A DNA stretch of 64,000 bases from positions 13,492,651 through 13,556,650 of the forward strand of contig CM120647.1 of NCBI GenBank assembly GCA_051362555.1, written 5' to 3'. A program made the position numbers and the translations under genes. This DNA comes from Lingula anatina (lineage: Eukaryota; Animalia; Brachiopoda). Below are positions 51,873 through 63,584 of this stretch, in pieces; the stretch's first letter is position 1; every line of letters begins with the position of its first letter. A model generated the notes under the pieces. The model had not been told where the DNA came from, ran no database searches, and saw only the letters and a program-made list of their open reading frames with translations.

Positions 51873-52340
51873 ACACCATTGGTCATTATAAGGTTGTCCC
51901 ACCAAAATTTTCATATGCTTTTATCTACAAATGTTCACATCACACGTGTTATTAAATTTATTATACCATATTTGACCTGATTAATGGTGCAGGAAATACA
52001 AAAAAAAGCGGTTAAAATATCCTTATTTTATACCATGCATTCAAATAAATTACATGAACCTCCTCAAATCCGATATTTTACTGAGATTTGGTTGTGTTTT
52101 AATTCTCATTAAATTGAAAAGACACTACCAAAATTCATCAAATTTACTCACAATTAGCTTTAGGGTGTGCATTTGACCTCCTACGAAACTGGGCCAACTT
52201 CGCCAAGTTCTTTAGGGAATTTGGGACAAATTCCCACAAATCAGAATTGTTACTTTTGTGAAGGCAAGCTGCGTCGCCTACAGGAGATAACTACAGTACA
52301 CGGTATAAACACATGTTATAAGATATGCATGAGCACACCC
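51873..52340. mobile_element. Degenerate, internally deleted relative of the 12623-14284 Tc1 fold-back family
   Basis: attggtcattataaggttgtcccacc..aaattgaaaagacac..cacaattagctttagggtgtgc (left-arm-like), then gggacaaattcccacaaatcagaattgttac..cctacaggagataactacagtacacggta (right-arm-like). Confidence 0.7.
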
Positions 52341-52359
52341 TATTTTATTTGCAGATAAA

Positions 52360-52406
<47 letters not shown>

Positions 52407-52432
52407 TGTCGCCAATAAATTTCAGAGACAAG

Positions 52433-52534
52433 ATGGCTGCTTTGCATATTAATAATTTTGCACCAAAGGTAACACCTTCTTTAGGACATCAGCGAGCTAT
52501 GGAAACCATTGAGGAGAATCTTAGAAGAACCAAG
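52433..52534 (+). pseudogene. Orphan exon paralogous to the first coding exon of the 224-aa gene
   Basis: cag|AGACAAGATGGCTGCT..RAMETIEENLRRTK|gt versus cag|GACCAAGATGGCAGCT..KALQNIKEGLYQVK|gt; same phase 0. No matching downstream exons seen in the window. Confidence 0.5.
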
Positions 52535-53443
52535 GTATGCACTAAAAATACAGGTACATGTAGTTGATGAATAATGTGCTTCAATAACCAGCTTAATTTT
52601 GCATTACCATATATATAAATGTATGTTCCTTTATTGAGCATAAGAAATACACGAGTACATTGATTGACAAATAAACATGAAAACAACTTAAAAAAACGAC
52701 TTAAGAATACCATACTTTAAGCAACCATAACGCAAAAAAACAACATTTTAAATGAATTTCATAAATTTGCTATACGCCCATATAGACCATAAATTTAAGA
52801 AAGCTTGAGATCAATTATCTCCAAAAATAATCTATAAAATCCAAATAAAATAGAAGCAGACTTTGGCTCACTCTCAGATTCAGTACACCTGCCCTTTTAA
52901 AACTCCCAAGGTTTCATCCTGCTGTTGTTTGTTTGTAAATCAGATGAATGAAATTCTCAGAATCACTTCCAAATGAAAAACCAAACTTTTTAGAAAAAAA
53001 CAACTGGCTAACTTTGAATGCAAAAATGGATTCATTAACCATTGGTAAGTATGGGAAAATTGTTGTTTACTCCAGGAAAATTCATTTTTTGGCCAAAACA
53101 AAGAGTGATTATCCCTTTAATGAACAACACCCAGTCCCAGACATGAATTCGACGAATTTCAACCTCACAGACGCCGAGATCCAGACATTCATAAAATTTA
53201 TTGTGGAAGGCAGGGAAGGTAATATGGTTGGTTGGTTGGGTTAACATAATCGGGAAATAAAATACACCATAAAATATCATCTGCTTATAATGGAGGTATC
53301 CGAAAAAAATAAAACAATATGCAATATCCGGTATGTAGAAATGTTCCCATCAACGTTCCCGGATCTACGATGCCTAAAAAATGAACTAATCTCAACGTAG
53401 TGACTCATTCAGAGACGACACTCCAATCTGACTATATACCAGT

Positions 53444-55693
53444 ATGCGCCTCTTCGTTTTCGCCCTTGTCCTGTGTGCAGGTACTCTTGTTTGTGGGAAG
53501 AAGATTACACGACTGACAAGATGTCTCAGATGTGGAGAGGACCACAGGATAAGTAAGGAATTTATTTCTTTGTTCGAGGTTTTAAATAAGGATAAGGACA
53601 TTTTCCGGTTGTCGCCTGACACCACGCAGTGATTTCACAAGGTCCTTTTTTCCATAGTCCACATTTATTGGGTATATAGACATCTGTTTATCTAGCCTAT
53701 ATCAACGTAAGTTGATTCAATGTGAAAGTATCTGGATTGTTTATTGTTAATATCCTTATTGTACGTGTATCTCTGTTGATCAACTTGTTAGCCGATAGGG
53801 TAAGTACAAAGCGCGTAGGGGCCATCCCAGCAGACAAACGACATTGATTCACCGTTAAATCAACGTTAATTTTGGTGGATCAACGTTGAATCAACGTAGA
53901 ATCAATGTCACTTGCCTGCTGGGATGCTGTTGTCTGCTAAGAATGCTGCACTGTTGTGGTAATACTCATACATGCAAAAACTTTAAAATGTCAAATTGTC
54001 ATATTTGGGTAGTTCATTAATAACGTGGACTCAGTGATAACGGTATTGGTATTAGTAGTTTTGTGAATACACGCACCATTTCGATATAAGTTCCGTTTGG
54101 ACCCGATGACTTGCATGCAGCCAAGCTGACGAAATGCTGCGCGCGGTTACAGGATTTTAATGCATGACTTGTGTCTTGTCATGAACTTCACTACGGTAAT
54201 TGCCCCAACAATGGGTAATAATGTTCAATTTATTATTATCAATTTTATGATTGTAAAAATGCCATTAGTATTAGTGTATGATCATTAGTATTGTAATCAG
54301 GACTTTGAAACACTATTAAGTATATTCTGCAGCAATTAAGCCATTATGTCAGGGGTCACTTTATATTCATGGGTTTCTGCATATTCCACAGTGTAGAAGG
54401 ATTTTGGTATTGTTAAGATCAGTAAGAGACTGCGTCATTTCATACTTTTGAATTCATGACTATCGTTTCAGTGCAGGGATGGCAGCGACTGGAAGGTGCC
54501 TGCAGCATTGATCAATGTCACTACACCATTGTGGAGGACATTTGCGTTGACGATGGGTTTGATTGCATGTAAGTCCGTTCTCCGAAAAATCCAAATTACG
54601 GTTTGGTTCCAGAAGTAGCAGGGGCACCCTGAGCTTCAGAGCTAACTTGACACTAACCTTTTCACCGTAGCCTATCTCCATCGTGTCAAGTAACCTCTGA
54701 CGAAAATAGTTTGACCTAGTTTATATAAGCCAATCGAATCCATGTTTCAAAATTTTTCACCAAAGTTTGGTGAAAACGCTGATTGGTTGATCGTCAATCG
54801 GCAATCCTCGGCTGATTCCGCAAGCTCCATACTAACAACAAAGTTATTGTCGAGTGCGGAGACATCCGAGTAGTGCCGAGTGGTTCCGAGTGCATAACCG
54901 TACACAAAGAAAGCATGGAGTATATCGGAATTGAAACCAGAGCAGTATGATGAGGGATGATGTATTTTGCGTGCTGCCCACAGGTTACGGCAAGTCCCTG
55001 ATATTCAGCCTTATCTTTGATTGGTCCGGATTTGAACAAAGCGCGCTTTGACTCGTTCGCGTTCATTGGCTAGATCGTTCAATGAGTCATTGAGTGCGGG
55101 CTTTAAATTTGATTGGCGGGCCGCGGGGGCACTCGAATCTGGTCAGAGGTTACTTGACACGATGGAGATAGGCTACAGATAAAAGGTTAGTGTCAAGGTA
55201 GCTCTGAAGCTCAGGGTGAGCAGGGGCGGATCCAGAGATATTTTATGACAGTCCGCCAAATTATCTTTGTTGATCCATCTCCCATTTTTGACTGTCTTCC
55301 TATAGAAAAAAAGTAGATGCCCAACACTGTAAACTTTAAAATTCTGACCGGCTTCCGGAAAACCCTCGCAGGCCAGAAGACGGCCCCTGAGTAGTACATG
55401 TAGAAGCAGCCGAAAAAAAGTAGACAGTAGTATCTGAGACGGCTTGGGCAATATGACTGAACTGTAGTGAAGGGTCGAAAATGATTCAGTAAATAAGTAC
55501 CCCCCCCCCCCCCCCGTCTCTCCGCTTCTAATATTTATTCACACATTTATTTATTATGATCGTTTAATGGCATTGCACATGTGTGGTTTTTCGTTTCAGT
55601 ATCGGCTGCGGTTGTCGAGGAATTTGTAAAAACCCAAGGAATGACGAATGTTTCTACGCTTTCTTAGAGGGTGAAACTTTGCCCCAGCAGTAA
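53444..55693 (+). CDS. Small secreted cysteine-rich protein (99 aa; 10 Cys in the mature part), 3 exons
   Basis: Exons 53444-53552 (A|gtaagg), 54472-54568 (tttcag|..AT|gtaagt) and 55600-55693 (tttcag|..TAA); AATAAA at 55814. Product MRLFVFALVLCAGTLVCG-KKITRLTRCLRCGEDHRIMQGWQRLEGACSIDQCHYTIVEDICVDDGFDCIIGCGCRGICKNPRNDECFYAFLEGETLPQQ. Confidence 0.78.
53826..53923. mobile_element. Tiny palindromic MITE (CCCAGC termini, AT flanks) in intron 1 of the Cys-rich gene
   Basis: at|cccagcagacaaacgacattgattc...gaatcaatgtcacttgcctgctggg|at with tcaacgtt internal repeats. Confidence 0.65.
54668..55175. mobile_element. Non-autonomous Academ-like element with 34-bp perfect TIRs, in intron 2 of the Cys-rich gene
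   Basis: tagcctatctccatcgtgtcaagtaacctctgac ... gtcagaggttacttgacacgatggagataggcta; TAG termini; flanks ccg/cag. An internal 40-mer (caatcggcaatc.tcggctgattccgcaagctccatacta) is also at ~51447. Confidence 0.8.
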
Positions 55694-57345
55694 ATGTACC
55701 CTCTGTCTGTGTCGTATTAACCGCGATAAATGGAGTCGAATACATCGGCATCTATCAGACATGTTTTCTTTTTGTCAAACAAAGCGGTATGCATTATGTA
55801 TTCCTGAATTAACAATAAAGTCTAGTTACTTTTAGTTAAGTTTCATTCTTTTTTTTTCCAACAGATAGTCCGAAATTAACAACGTCCTTAACATAGAATG
55901 AAGATCGAGAGGAAATTATTGAACATTAAAAAGAAAGGTTTCGTGTTCTTATATTTAAAAGAACAAAACGAAATAAGCCACAGCGAGACTAGCAAAAAAA
56001 AAAAAAAAAAAAAAAAAAATCGTTATCTATCAATTGTTATCATTTCCAAACGAGGAGCATTCCTTATGTCATCAAGAAAAAACATGGAGAGATCCAGTGT
56101 CACTGCCCTATTGAATATAACAACCACATTTTAAGGTTCACTGAACCTTCATGCTAATTTCAATTCATATGACATGATTTTCGTATTGAAATAACAGACG
56201 GCATCAAAGGGCACAACAAATGTAAACCTTAGGGCTCAAATGGTTGGCATTTATTGCGTTATACAAATTGATTGCATATGCATGCAAAGCTAATGGTATC
56301 TGAATGATAATACAACCAAATCTTTGGGTTAAGATCAGTCTGAAAACCCCGAAAAAAACGTATAAGCATATATTAGACGTCTCCACAAATCGATAAGGTT
56401 TGTTGATATGTCGAATTTTAAAACATAAATGTTAAAACATAAATGTTCTTTTTGAAATTCGACAGTAATTACACGTTTTCAGCCTCAATACTTCTCGGCA
56501 CATGACACAGGACTTAATACAACATAAACCCTCTGCTAAGGCTACGGACTATCTATGTGTATTTTTCTTCGGTGCGAACAGCAGAGAATCGTGTCATTAA
56601 TAAGCCAGATACATAGATATGTGAAAATCTAGTAAAAAATCAATCTGCGGCCCTGGTTAAGTGTTGTCAGCTGGGAGGGTTTGGGCTTTTAAAAGTCAGA
56701 TTTACACTTCGACATATAACGCCACGGGTCGTGGTTACGTTAAGGTGCATGTACACAATCCCCCACCCTAACCCACCCGTCGCTAACACCTTTGTTAAGA
56801 TACAGTTATCTATTGATTTTCTTGTTGCATTATTAGCACCACTATCACGAATATTCGACTATGATACTCACGTATAATTTGTAAATCTCACCAGACATCG
56901 ACGCTTCAGGTATCTATGATTGATTCACAATATAGATTAAATGCACATATAATATAACAAACAAGCACGATAAAACACATAAATGAAGAATTTCTGTGCG
57001 CGTCATTGAAATTATTCCATCCATCAGTTCTGCAAGTGATAGCAAGCAATTTGAAAAGTTGGGGTTCTTTTTTTTCTGAAACAAAGATTCATTTTGCCCA
57101 ATAAGTCATCCTTAGAAATAGCAGAAAATTATCTAGACTGTTTTTTCATTGAGGGTGGACATTTGCCGGCAAAAAAGAGCAGTCCTTACTTACCCCACCC
57201 TTACAACTCCAAACTACATGCAGTTGTTTAACATGGGCAAATGAATACGAATAATATAACATGCACAAAGTACAGCATTATTTTTGTAGACTACCGTAAA
57301 TGAAATCATGAACAAAACAAAGTGACGGGTGATCTGAATGGCTTA

Positions 57346-57887
57346 AGCCTCGGTCACAACCGGCCGCACGGGCTCTTACGGCCTGGTTACGTCCAAATTT
57401 TTCGCAGAATCTCAAGTGCCGCGCAAGTCATTCTTGCGTAATTTTAAGTCCGCAGACAGCCCGTAAGCACGTACGGAGGATGTTGCACATGTCCAAAAGA
57501 TTCTACGAATAATTTGCGAACAGCGAGGCCGCAAACGCAACTTACTCACTCGCAAGGAGTTCGCGAGACGTGGACATAATGAGTGACCATGGCGAGAAGT
57601 TCGCAAGTGAGACGTGCGTGGTCCAAGACGCACGTCGCAAGCAATGAAAGAGCAAGTGCCCGTTGCGTGTTGAGTGCGGCGCGCGCCCTCACAGCTAACA
57701 AAGACAAAAGCACCGCGGAAGTGCGTCGCCCCTACGCCAGGAGTATAAAAGGCGTCCTCCCGATACATGCTCATGTCAAGGCAAATAACGTCGCTTGTGC
57801 AAGGTGTACATCATTTCACAAATTTCAAAATTTGCTCAATTCAGCTTCTAATATGCCTCCAAAAGGCGTCCGGTTGTGACCGACGCT
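57346..57887. mobile_element. PIF/Harbinger-like MITE with TTA target duplication
   Basis: TTA|agcctcggtcacaaccgg ... ccggttgtgaccgacgct|TTA; GC-rich interior. Confidence 0.8.
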
Positions 57888-58088
57888 TTACATACATGTA
57901 AATGTTTCAGCTGCCCGACGAGTCTTGTATCGTTGACCAATGAAAACGAACAGGCAGCATATGCATATCAAATGATGATAAGGAGATACCTTATTGTCAA
58001 CACAAGCAGAACTCAAATAAAATCATCAATTGTACAATTATCGCCGTCATCATATATTGTATAATGTATTGTATCTTAAGTCTCCAGA

Positions 58089-59276
58089 TTACATGTAGTC
58101 ATTGATACTGGGAATCGGAGGTTGAATATCGTTTGCTTCACTGATACTGGGGACCGGGTCTGGGATACTGTTTGGTACCGTCGACGATTTTCGAGATCGG
58201 TTCTGTCTTCTCTTGCAAACGCACAACAGCGTTACTCCCGCCACTGCGGGAATCAACACAGCTAAAAACACCCCAACTACCACGACTGTTGGCATACCGT
58301 TTTCTCTGTCTGTTTTCTTAATATTCTTACGGATGTTTCCACACGTTCCTTCCTCTTCAAACGCCAAGTGTTTTAAAAATGGCGCGTTGCAACGACAGTC
58401 CAAGGTATCACCGGGTCCAAAGTTTAGATACAATGTATTTTTAGAGTTTACACTGATCTGAAATAGTGGACATTTATCTAAAGATTCTGGATCCTGACGA
58501 CTGAGATCTGACAAATCAAGCTGTGCTAACAGTGACATATCTGGCGGTATGCTTATCAATTTGTTCCCAGACAAAAACAGCTTTTCAAGATTATTTAGAC
58601 TGCGGAAAAGAGAAAAGTTAAGAAGACGGATGAAGTTATTTCTTAAAAACAGATTTTGCAAGTCTCTTAAATACTTTATTCCAGGTGGAACCTCTGTAAG
58701 TAAGTTGTCATCCATATCAAGATCCCGTAAAACGGTGAGTTTCTGAAAGGCTTGTGGATCTACTGCTTTGATCGAGTTGCCGGTCAAGTATAAACGCTGA
58801 AGACTAGTAAGGTATCGAATATCAAAGGGCACCTGCGTGAGTCTGTTCCTCATGAAAGACAAAGAATAAAGACGCTGAAGATTTTGCAATAATTCAGGTT
58901 CGACATCGCGTATCCAATTCATGGAGAGAAAAAGGCTGAAAATATGAACCAATCCTCTCACCTCTGACGGCACTTTTTCAAGGAAAGTGCCGTGCAATGA
59001 GAGCGATCTGAGGTCTTTCAAGTCACCCAGCGCTTTTGTGTTTTCAAGTTTAACTCCGGACATAGAGAGCATCAGGATGACACTTTTGTTATCGAATATT
59101 GGAATTGTACGTAGATTACTGCAAAAAGTCTGGATTCCCAATATCCCATCTACTTTGGTGCTGAGACAAGTACAGGGTGGCAGGCAAGGGTCTTGCACCA
59201 AGGTCATTGCTACCATCACCTGGACGGCTAAACACAATGCAGCACTCTTTAGAACGCCCTGTCTTGTGAAAAGCAT
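58089..59276 (-). CDS. Leucine-rich-repeat type-I transmembrane protein (395 aa, single coding exon)
   Basis: Signal peptide, LRRNT (CLPPCTC..C), ~7-8 LxxLxLxxNxL repeats, reduced LRRCT (LDCRC..C), TM (VVVVGVFLAVLIPAVAGVTLLCVC), KRR stop-transfer and a short Pro/Ser-rich tail. Confidence 0.93.
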   Translation of the reverse strand: MLFTRQGVLKSAALCLAVQVMVAMTLVQDPCLPPCTCLSTKVDGILGIQTFCSNLRTIPIFDNKSVILMLSMSGVKLENTKALGDLKDLRSLSLHGTFLEKVPSEVRGLVHIFSLFLSMNWIRDVEPELLQNLQRLYSLSFMRNRLTQVPFDIRYLTSLQRLYLTGNSIKAVDPQAFQKLTVLRDLDMDDNLLTEVPPGIKYLRDLQNLFLRNNFIRLLNFSLFRSLNNLEKLFLSGNKLISIPPDMSLLAQLDLSDLSRQDPESLDKCPLFQISVNSKNTLYLNFGPGDTLDCRCNAPFLKHLAFEEEGTCGNIRKNIKKTDRENGMPTVVVVGVFLAVLIPAVAGVTLLCVCKRRQNRSRKSSTVPNSIPDPVPSISEANDIQPPIPSINDYM

Positions 59277-61313
59277 GACGGAAACAGCCTATCTGGTGAT
59301 TTTTTTTTGCTCAATTGTTTCTCAGATTAATGACTTAAATCCTGTCTGATTAAAGCGTTCATGTATGATCGTGGATTATGGCGATCTACTCTTCTAAAGG
59401 ACCGATGTTTTTCGTTGATGAGCAACTGTCTGTTTCTAGCGATCTGTTATGTTTTAACTGAAGCTGTTAGTCACAGATTTATGTGGCATTACAGCATAGA
59501 GGAAATGGTAGATTAAATTCCAAATAAGGGCGCATTCCCGTTAAAACTATTGTTCTTCAAGGCTAGATCCATTAACCGATTGACAGATTGACAAGCATCC
59601 ACCTGGCGTTGAGCAGAAATAAGAAAAAGCTGGTAATTACACATGTAAATTGGGAACAAAAGGCTCTATAATTTCCAGTCTGATTGATTAATTCAGCAAG
59701 AGTCCCCCAAATTTAGATCGATCTCCGTAAAACGGTGTTTTTAATGGGAATGAATCCCAAGACCCACAGACACAATTAAGGATATTTTTGTGTCTATGAA
59801 AATAACGATAACAAACATAACTCCTGCATTAAGATTATGTGTGTGTCATGTCGGCACGCAGTCCAATATACCAGCTTTGGCAACCCGATCGGTACTTCTC
59901 ATGTTATTATTTAATTTAACACGAACAAGATGAAGTACATGTAACACTGACATCATTATTTCACGGAACCTAAAGCACGAATCGGATGCCGTAAATCACA
60001 TAACGTTATAGTATTGGGTTGCCTTTGATGCCGTCTGTCATTTCCTTCAAAAGACAGTCATAATGGCTCATGGATTAACATTACTGTTAATTGAGACTTT
60101 AAAAGCATTTCATACTTTCGGTAAGGTGTGTAATGCCTCAGTTACACCTGAATCTCCTATAATGATAACCTGAAGAAAAAGAATACCCGCTTGTAGGAAT
60201 AACTGACAAATTTGGAAATGCTTTGATTAATGACATAATATAATGTAAAATTATGCAAAGTCTTCTGAACTTTTTTGTGGAATTTCAAAGACGTAACAGA
60301 TATATAGACCTATCATTATCCATTATCATTATCGTTCAGTCTGCTTTAGTCTAATCGATGTTTCGTGTTGTGCATAGTATTGATTTCGGCATCCCTGCCC
60401 AGAGGGGGCCTGTTCTTCGGTCAGGAATGTTCTAAATTTGTTCAACGAATAGAACCATCGAAATTTATATATATGTGTGTAAATTTTGTACAATTTGAGT
60501 ATTTTTAAAACAAACCTTCGGACCAAGAGCCTTCGATATACCGCCACTCACCCGTGCCAGGTAAAGTGTGGGTCGGGGAAAAGTAAGTCAATTATTTTAG
60601 TTAGAAATGAAATCCAATTAGAACCATTGAGATTTTAAAACTTAACGTTTTAGTTAGAGAAATTATAAATACTATCTATCATGCAACACAAAGGAATTAC
60701 ACAATATACACAAAATACGGGAATTATCGTATTACAGAGTGCGTAGTGATATTCCAAATAAAATTGTGATAATTTTTTCATTCCTAATTTATGAAGCTGT
60801 CCATTTTGAATATTTTATATAAGTGTTTTCAAATGATAACAGGAGCATCAGATATGATCCACCCACTTGTTTTTGAAAAAAAATGGTCACTTCTTATCTC
60901 TATGAAATGTAACAGCCTTTTCCATTTTGCGGTGAAAAAAAATTAAAAAAAAAAAAAAAAAAAAAAACGGTGCAGGTACCGTTGTAAGATCAAAGTCGGG
61001 TTAAGTTGTAGTGTCGCGTGCACTGGGATGACGGCAAGCTCGTAAAGGTGTAGTACTAGTTCCTCAAGCAACTCGATCCACCAGCGAATGAGTAAACTTG
61101 TACAATTGTTCATATTAATTAAGTACCGAACACGGAAAAGCAGTTACAAGAAAAAATCAGTGAAATGATGTAAACTGACAAACAAACATGGTAAAAAATT
61201 AACATCTTTTTTTCAATTTAAAACAAAATATAAATCCATGTTTGTGTTGTATAAAATACGTCAATCCCCATCCGTACAATGGGCCGAATTAAGTCTTTGA
61301 AGCCACTGTGAGA

Positions 61314-63117
61314 CCGGTGTCAAGCAACACAGAGTCCTACCATTCTAGGGTCCGGCGGACCCGGTGTTTTAAAACTGAGAGTCCGGCGGACTCCCTGTCT
61401 CGAAATAACGGGTCCCGGACTCTATGTTCTGAAATGTAGAGCCCCCTAGACACTCTATTTCAGTACGGAAAGTCCTAGGACCCTACGTTTTAATACTGAA
61501 AGTCCGCATTGAAGAGCAATAATGAAATCTCACACTTAAAACTTGCAATTTAAAAATGAAATTGAACATGATGTTAACTGATATGGAGGGAAGAATTATA
61601 AGAATTAAAGGTTAAAAAAAAACATTAATAAACTCTGTTAAAGTGTAACGCGAGTAAAAATGTGCATTGTTCGCATTTCATAAACTTTAATTTGCAGGAT
61701 TATCTTTTGTATGCAATTGAGAAAGAACATCACTCAAAAAATATAAATTTATTCATAATACAAAAGTGCCTTTGGTGAACTTCCTGATTTTACAAATAAA
61801 TTTAATTTATTAATCAGTATAGTAATTGTTTTTTCTCCTAATTGTCCGTTGTCACCCGCATTTCCATCATCATGCAAACTTGATAAAACATCTGTGCCAG
61901 TGCTTCGTCTAAAATTAGAAAAATATAATCCATAGTTTCACATTATAAATATATTTTTAAGTACATGTAGATATCAAATCCTTTCTTGTTGATACAATCT
62001 TGTTTTATTGTTGTCCATATAATACACAATGGAAAAAACTTTAATTAAGATTTCTAATGTTATTGAGAAACATGGAATACATTCCTTTTGGGTTGATTCC
62101 ATTTTAATTTAGGGTATGCAACTTAAATTAAAACTTTATATAAATTGTTAAACAAAATTAAATGAGTACATTTTCAATTACACTACATAAGCATGTATAT
62201 TTAATAACTAATTAATGTCGTCAGTTTCCAGAAAATACATATTTTGCACAATTTGGCATTGATACACTGTATAACGCTAGCTGTCACACATTTATGAGTG
62301 GTAGTCATTGTGGCCTAAGTTACGCGTATAGTCTAGAGAAAAGGAACGTTTTGCACAGTTTAGCATCGATTCATTGTGTACCACTTGCTTACACACATAT
62401 ACGAGTGGTATTCAAATACGTCACATGCATATATAGTCTTAAGCATCACAAAGCAATGGGATATGTGTGAAATATATTTTAAGTAAGTCCAATTAAAAAA
62501 AGGTATTAAATGTAATAAAAAGTGAGTATAAAACATATTATTACGGAATGAAACACAATAAATGGACAGTAATTTGAATATTTAACTATAAATTAAAAAA
62601 AAAAAAAAAAAAACAAGATTGAAAATAGAGGCGTCATAAAGTCAGCTCCAGTGTGGGACTCGAACCAACATATTGTTAAATTACTACATACTTCCATGTC
62701 ATTGGTTACCATAGTAGACTCATCACCAGTGTCGCTGTCCACTACACCACCAGGTCGTTGTGCAAACCACCGCCGTTTTGTTATATTATATTTACTTGCA
62801 TCATTATAATTCTATTATACCCATATTGTCAATATAAAGCGCTTTTACTAATATATACTGTTCTACAGTAGGACCCTAGCTTTTAGACCCAGTTCTTCTG
62901 TATGACGGGCGGACTCTGTGTTTCGTGATAGCTGTCATGAAACGTAGGGTCCGGTTAAATGCAGGGTCCGGGGGACCCTGTATATTATATCCAATTACCA
63001 TGATACAAGGTCCGGGGCCCATTATTTCAGAAACCAGGGGTCCTACGGACCCCTGGTTTCTGAAATAACGGGTCCCGGACTTTCTGTCATGGGGGACCTT
63101 CTGGTACATGACACCGG
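61314..63117. mobile_element. hAT-like non-autonomous element (1.8 kb) with subterminal gggtcc/ggaccc repeats
   Basis: Termini ccggtgtca ... tgacaccgg; clusters of gggtcc(c)ggac motifs at 61340-61500 and 62870-63100; AT-rich interior. No clean 8-bp TSD seen. Confidence 0.6.
62645..62756 (-). pseudogene. tRNA-like Pol III box A/box B relic inside the hAT-like element
   Basis: Minus strand GGTGGTGTAGTGGACAGC ... GTTGGTTCGAGTCCCAC; abnormally long spacer and no intact acceptor stem. Confidence 0.45.
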
Positions 63118-63584
63118 GATTGTGGTCAATTAGATATCAGATTGCTGTCCACTCCCACAAGTGTGACAATAGCACTGCGTTGGACACCTGATTAAAAGTA
63201 ACATATGATGTATCTAAGAACTAAAAAGTATAGGCCTACAGTTTCAAATTGTTCATCATGTAGAAACTTTCTTCAAAAACTTAAATAGCAGTTCCACATT
63301 CAAAAGTTGTGCTTTTGTCTATTATTTTCTTTTTTCATCTATATATTTAAAGCAGATATTTACTCGAACCAATACTATGAATACACTAAAATACTCCAGC
63401 CAATAAGGTAAAAGCATAAAAGCATGTTAACAATAGGAACGTGCGTTATCGACAAATAATATACAATGGTATCGCTACATAAACAACTAAAATTTCCCTC
63501 ACAAGGAGCATATTCACGGAAAGATAAAAAAAATTAAAATTACGTTATCTAAACCAAATTGGACGATAATCTACAAATGATAAT

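Noticed and set aside
53680-53706. Extra micro-exon in the Cys-rich peptide gene (strong gtaagt donor at 53707)
   Set aside because: It is not needed for phase. The 11-nt version shifts the frame and the 27-nt version adds an odd Cys from a weak acceptor. It cannot be excluded without RNA data.
57412-57879. Overlapping 120-aa and 98-aa ORFs
   Set aside because: They fall within a GC-rich TTA-flanked MITE and show no protein-like features.
60116-60169. Minus-strand exon-like segment translating VIIIGDSGVTEA, resembling a Rab P-loop
   Set aside because: It lacks GK(S/T) and no other GTPase exons were found; more likely a 5'UTR exon of the LRR gene or a chance match.
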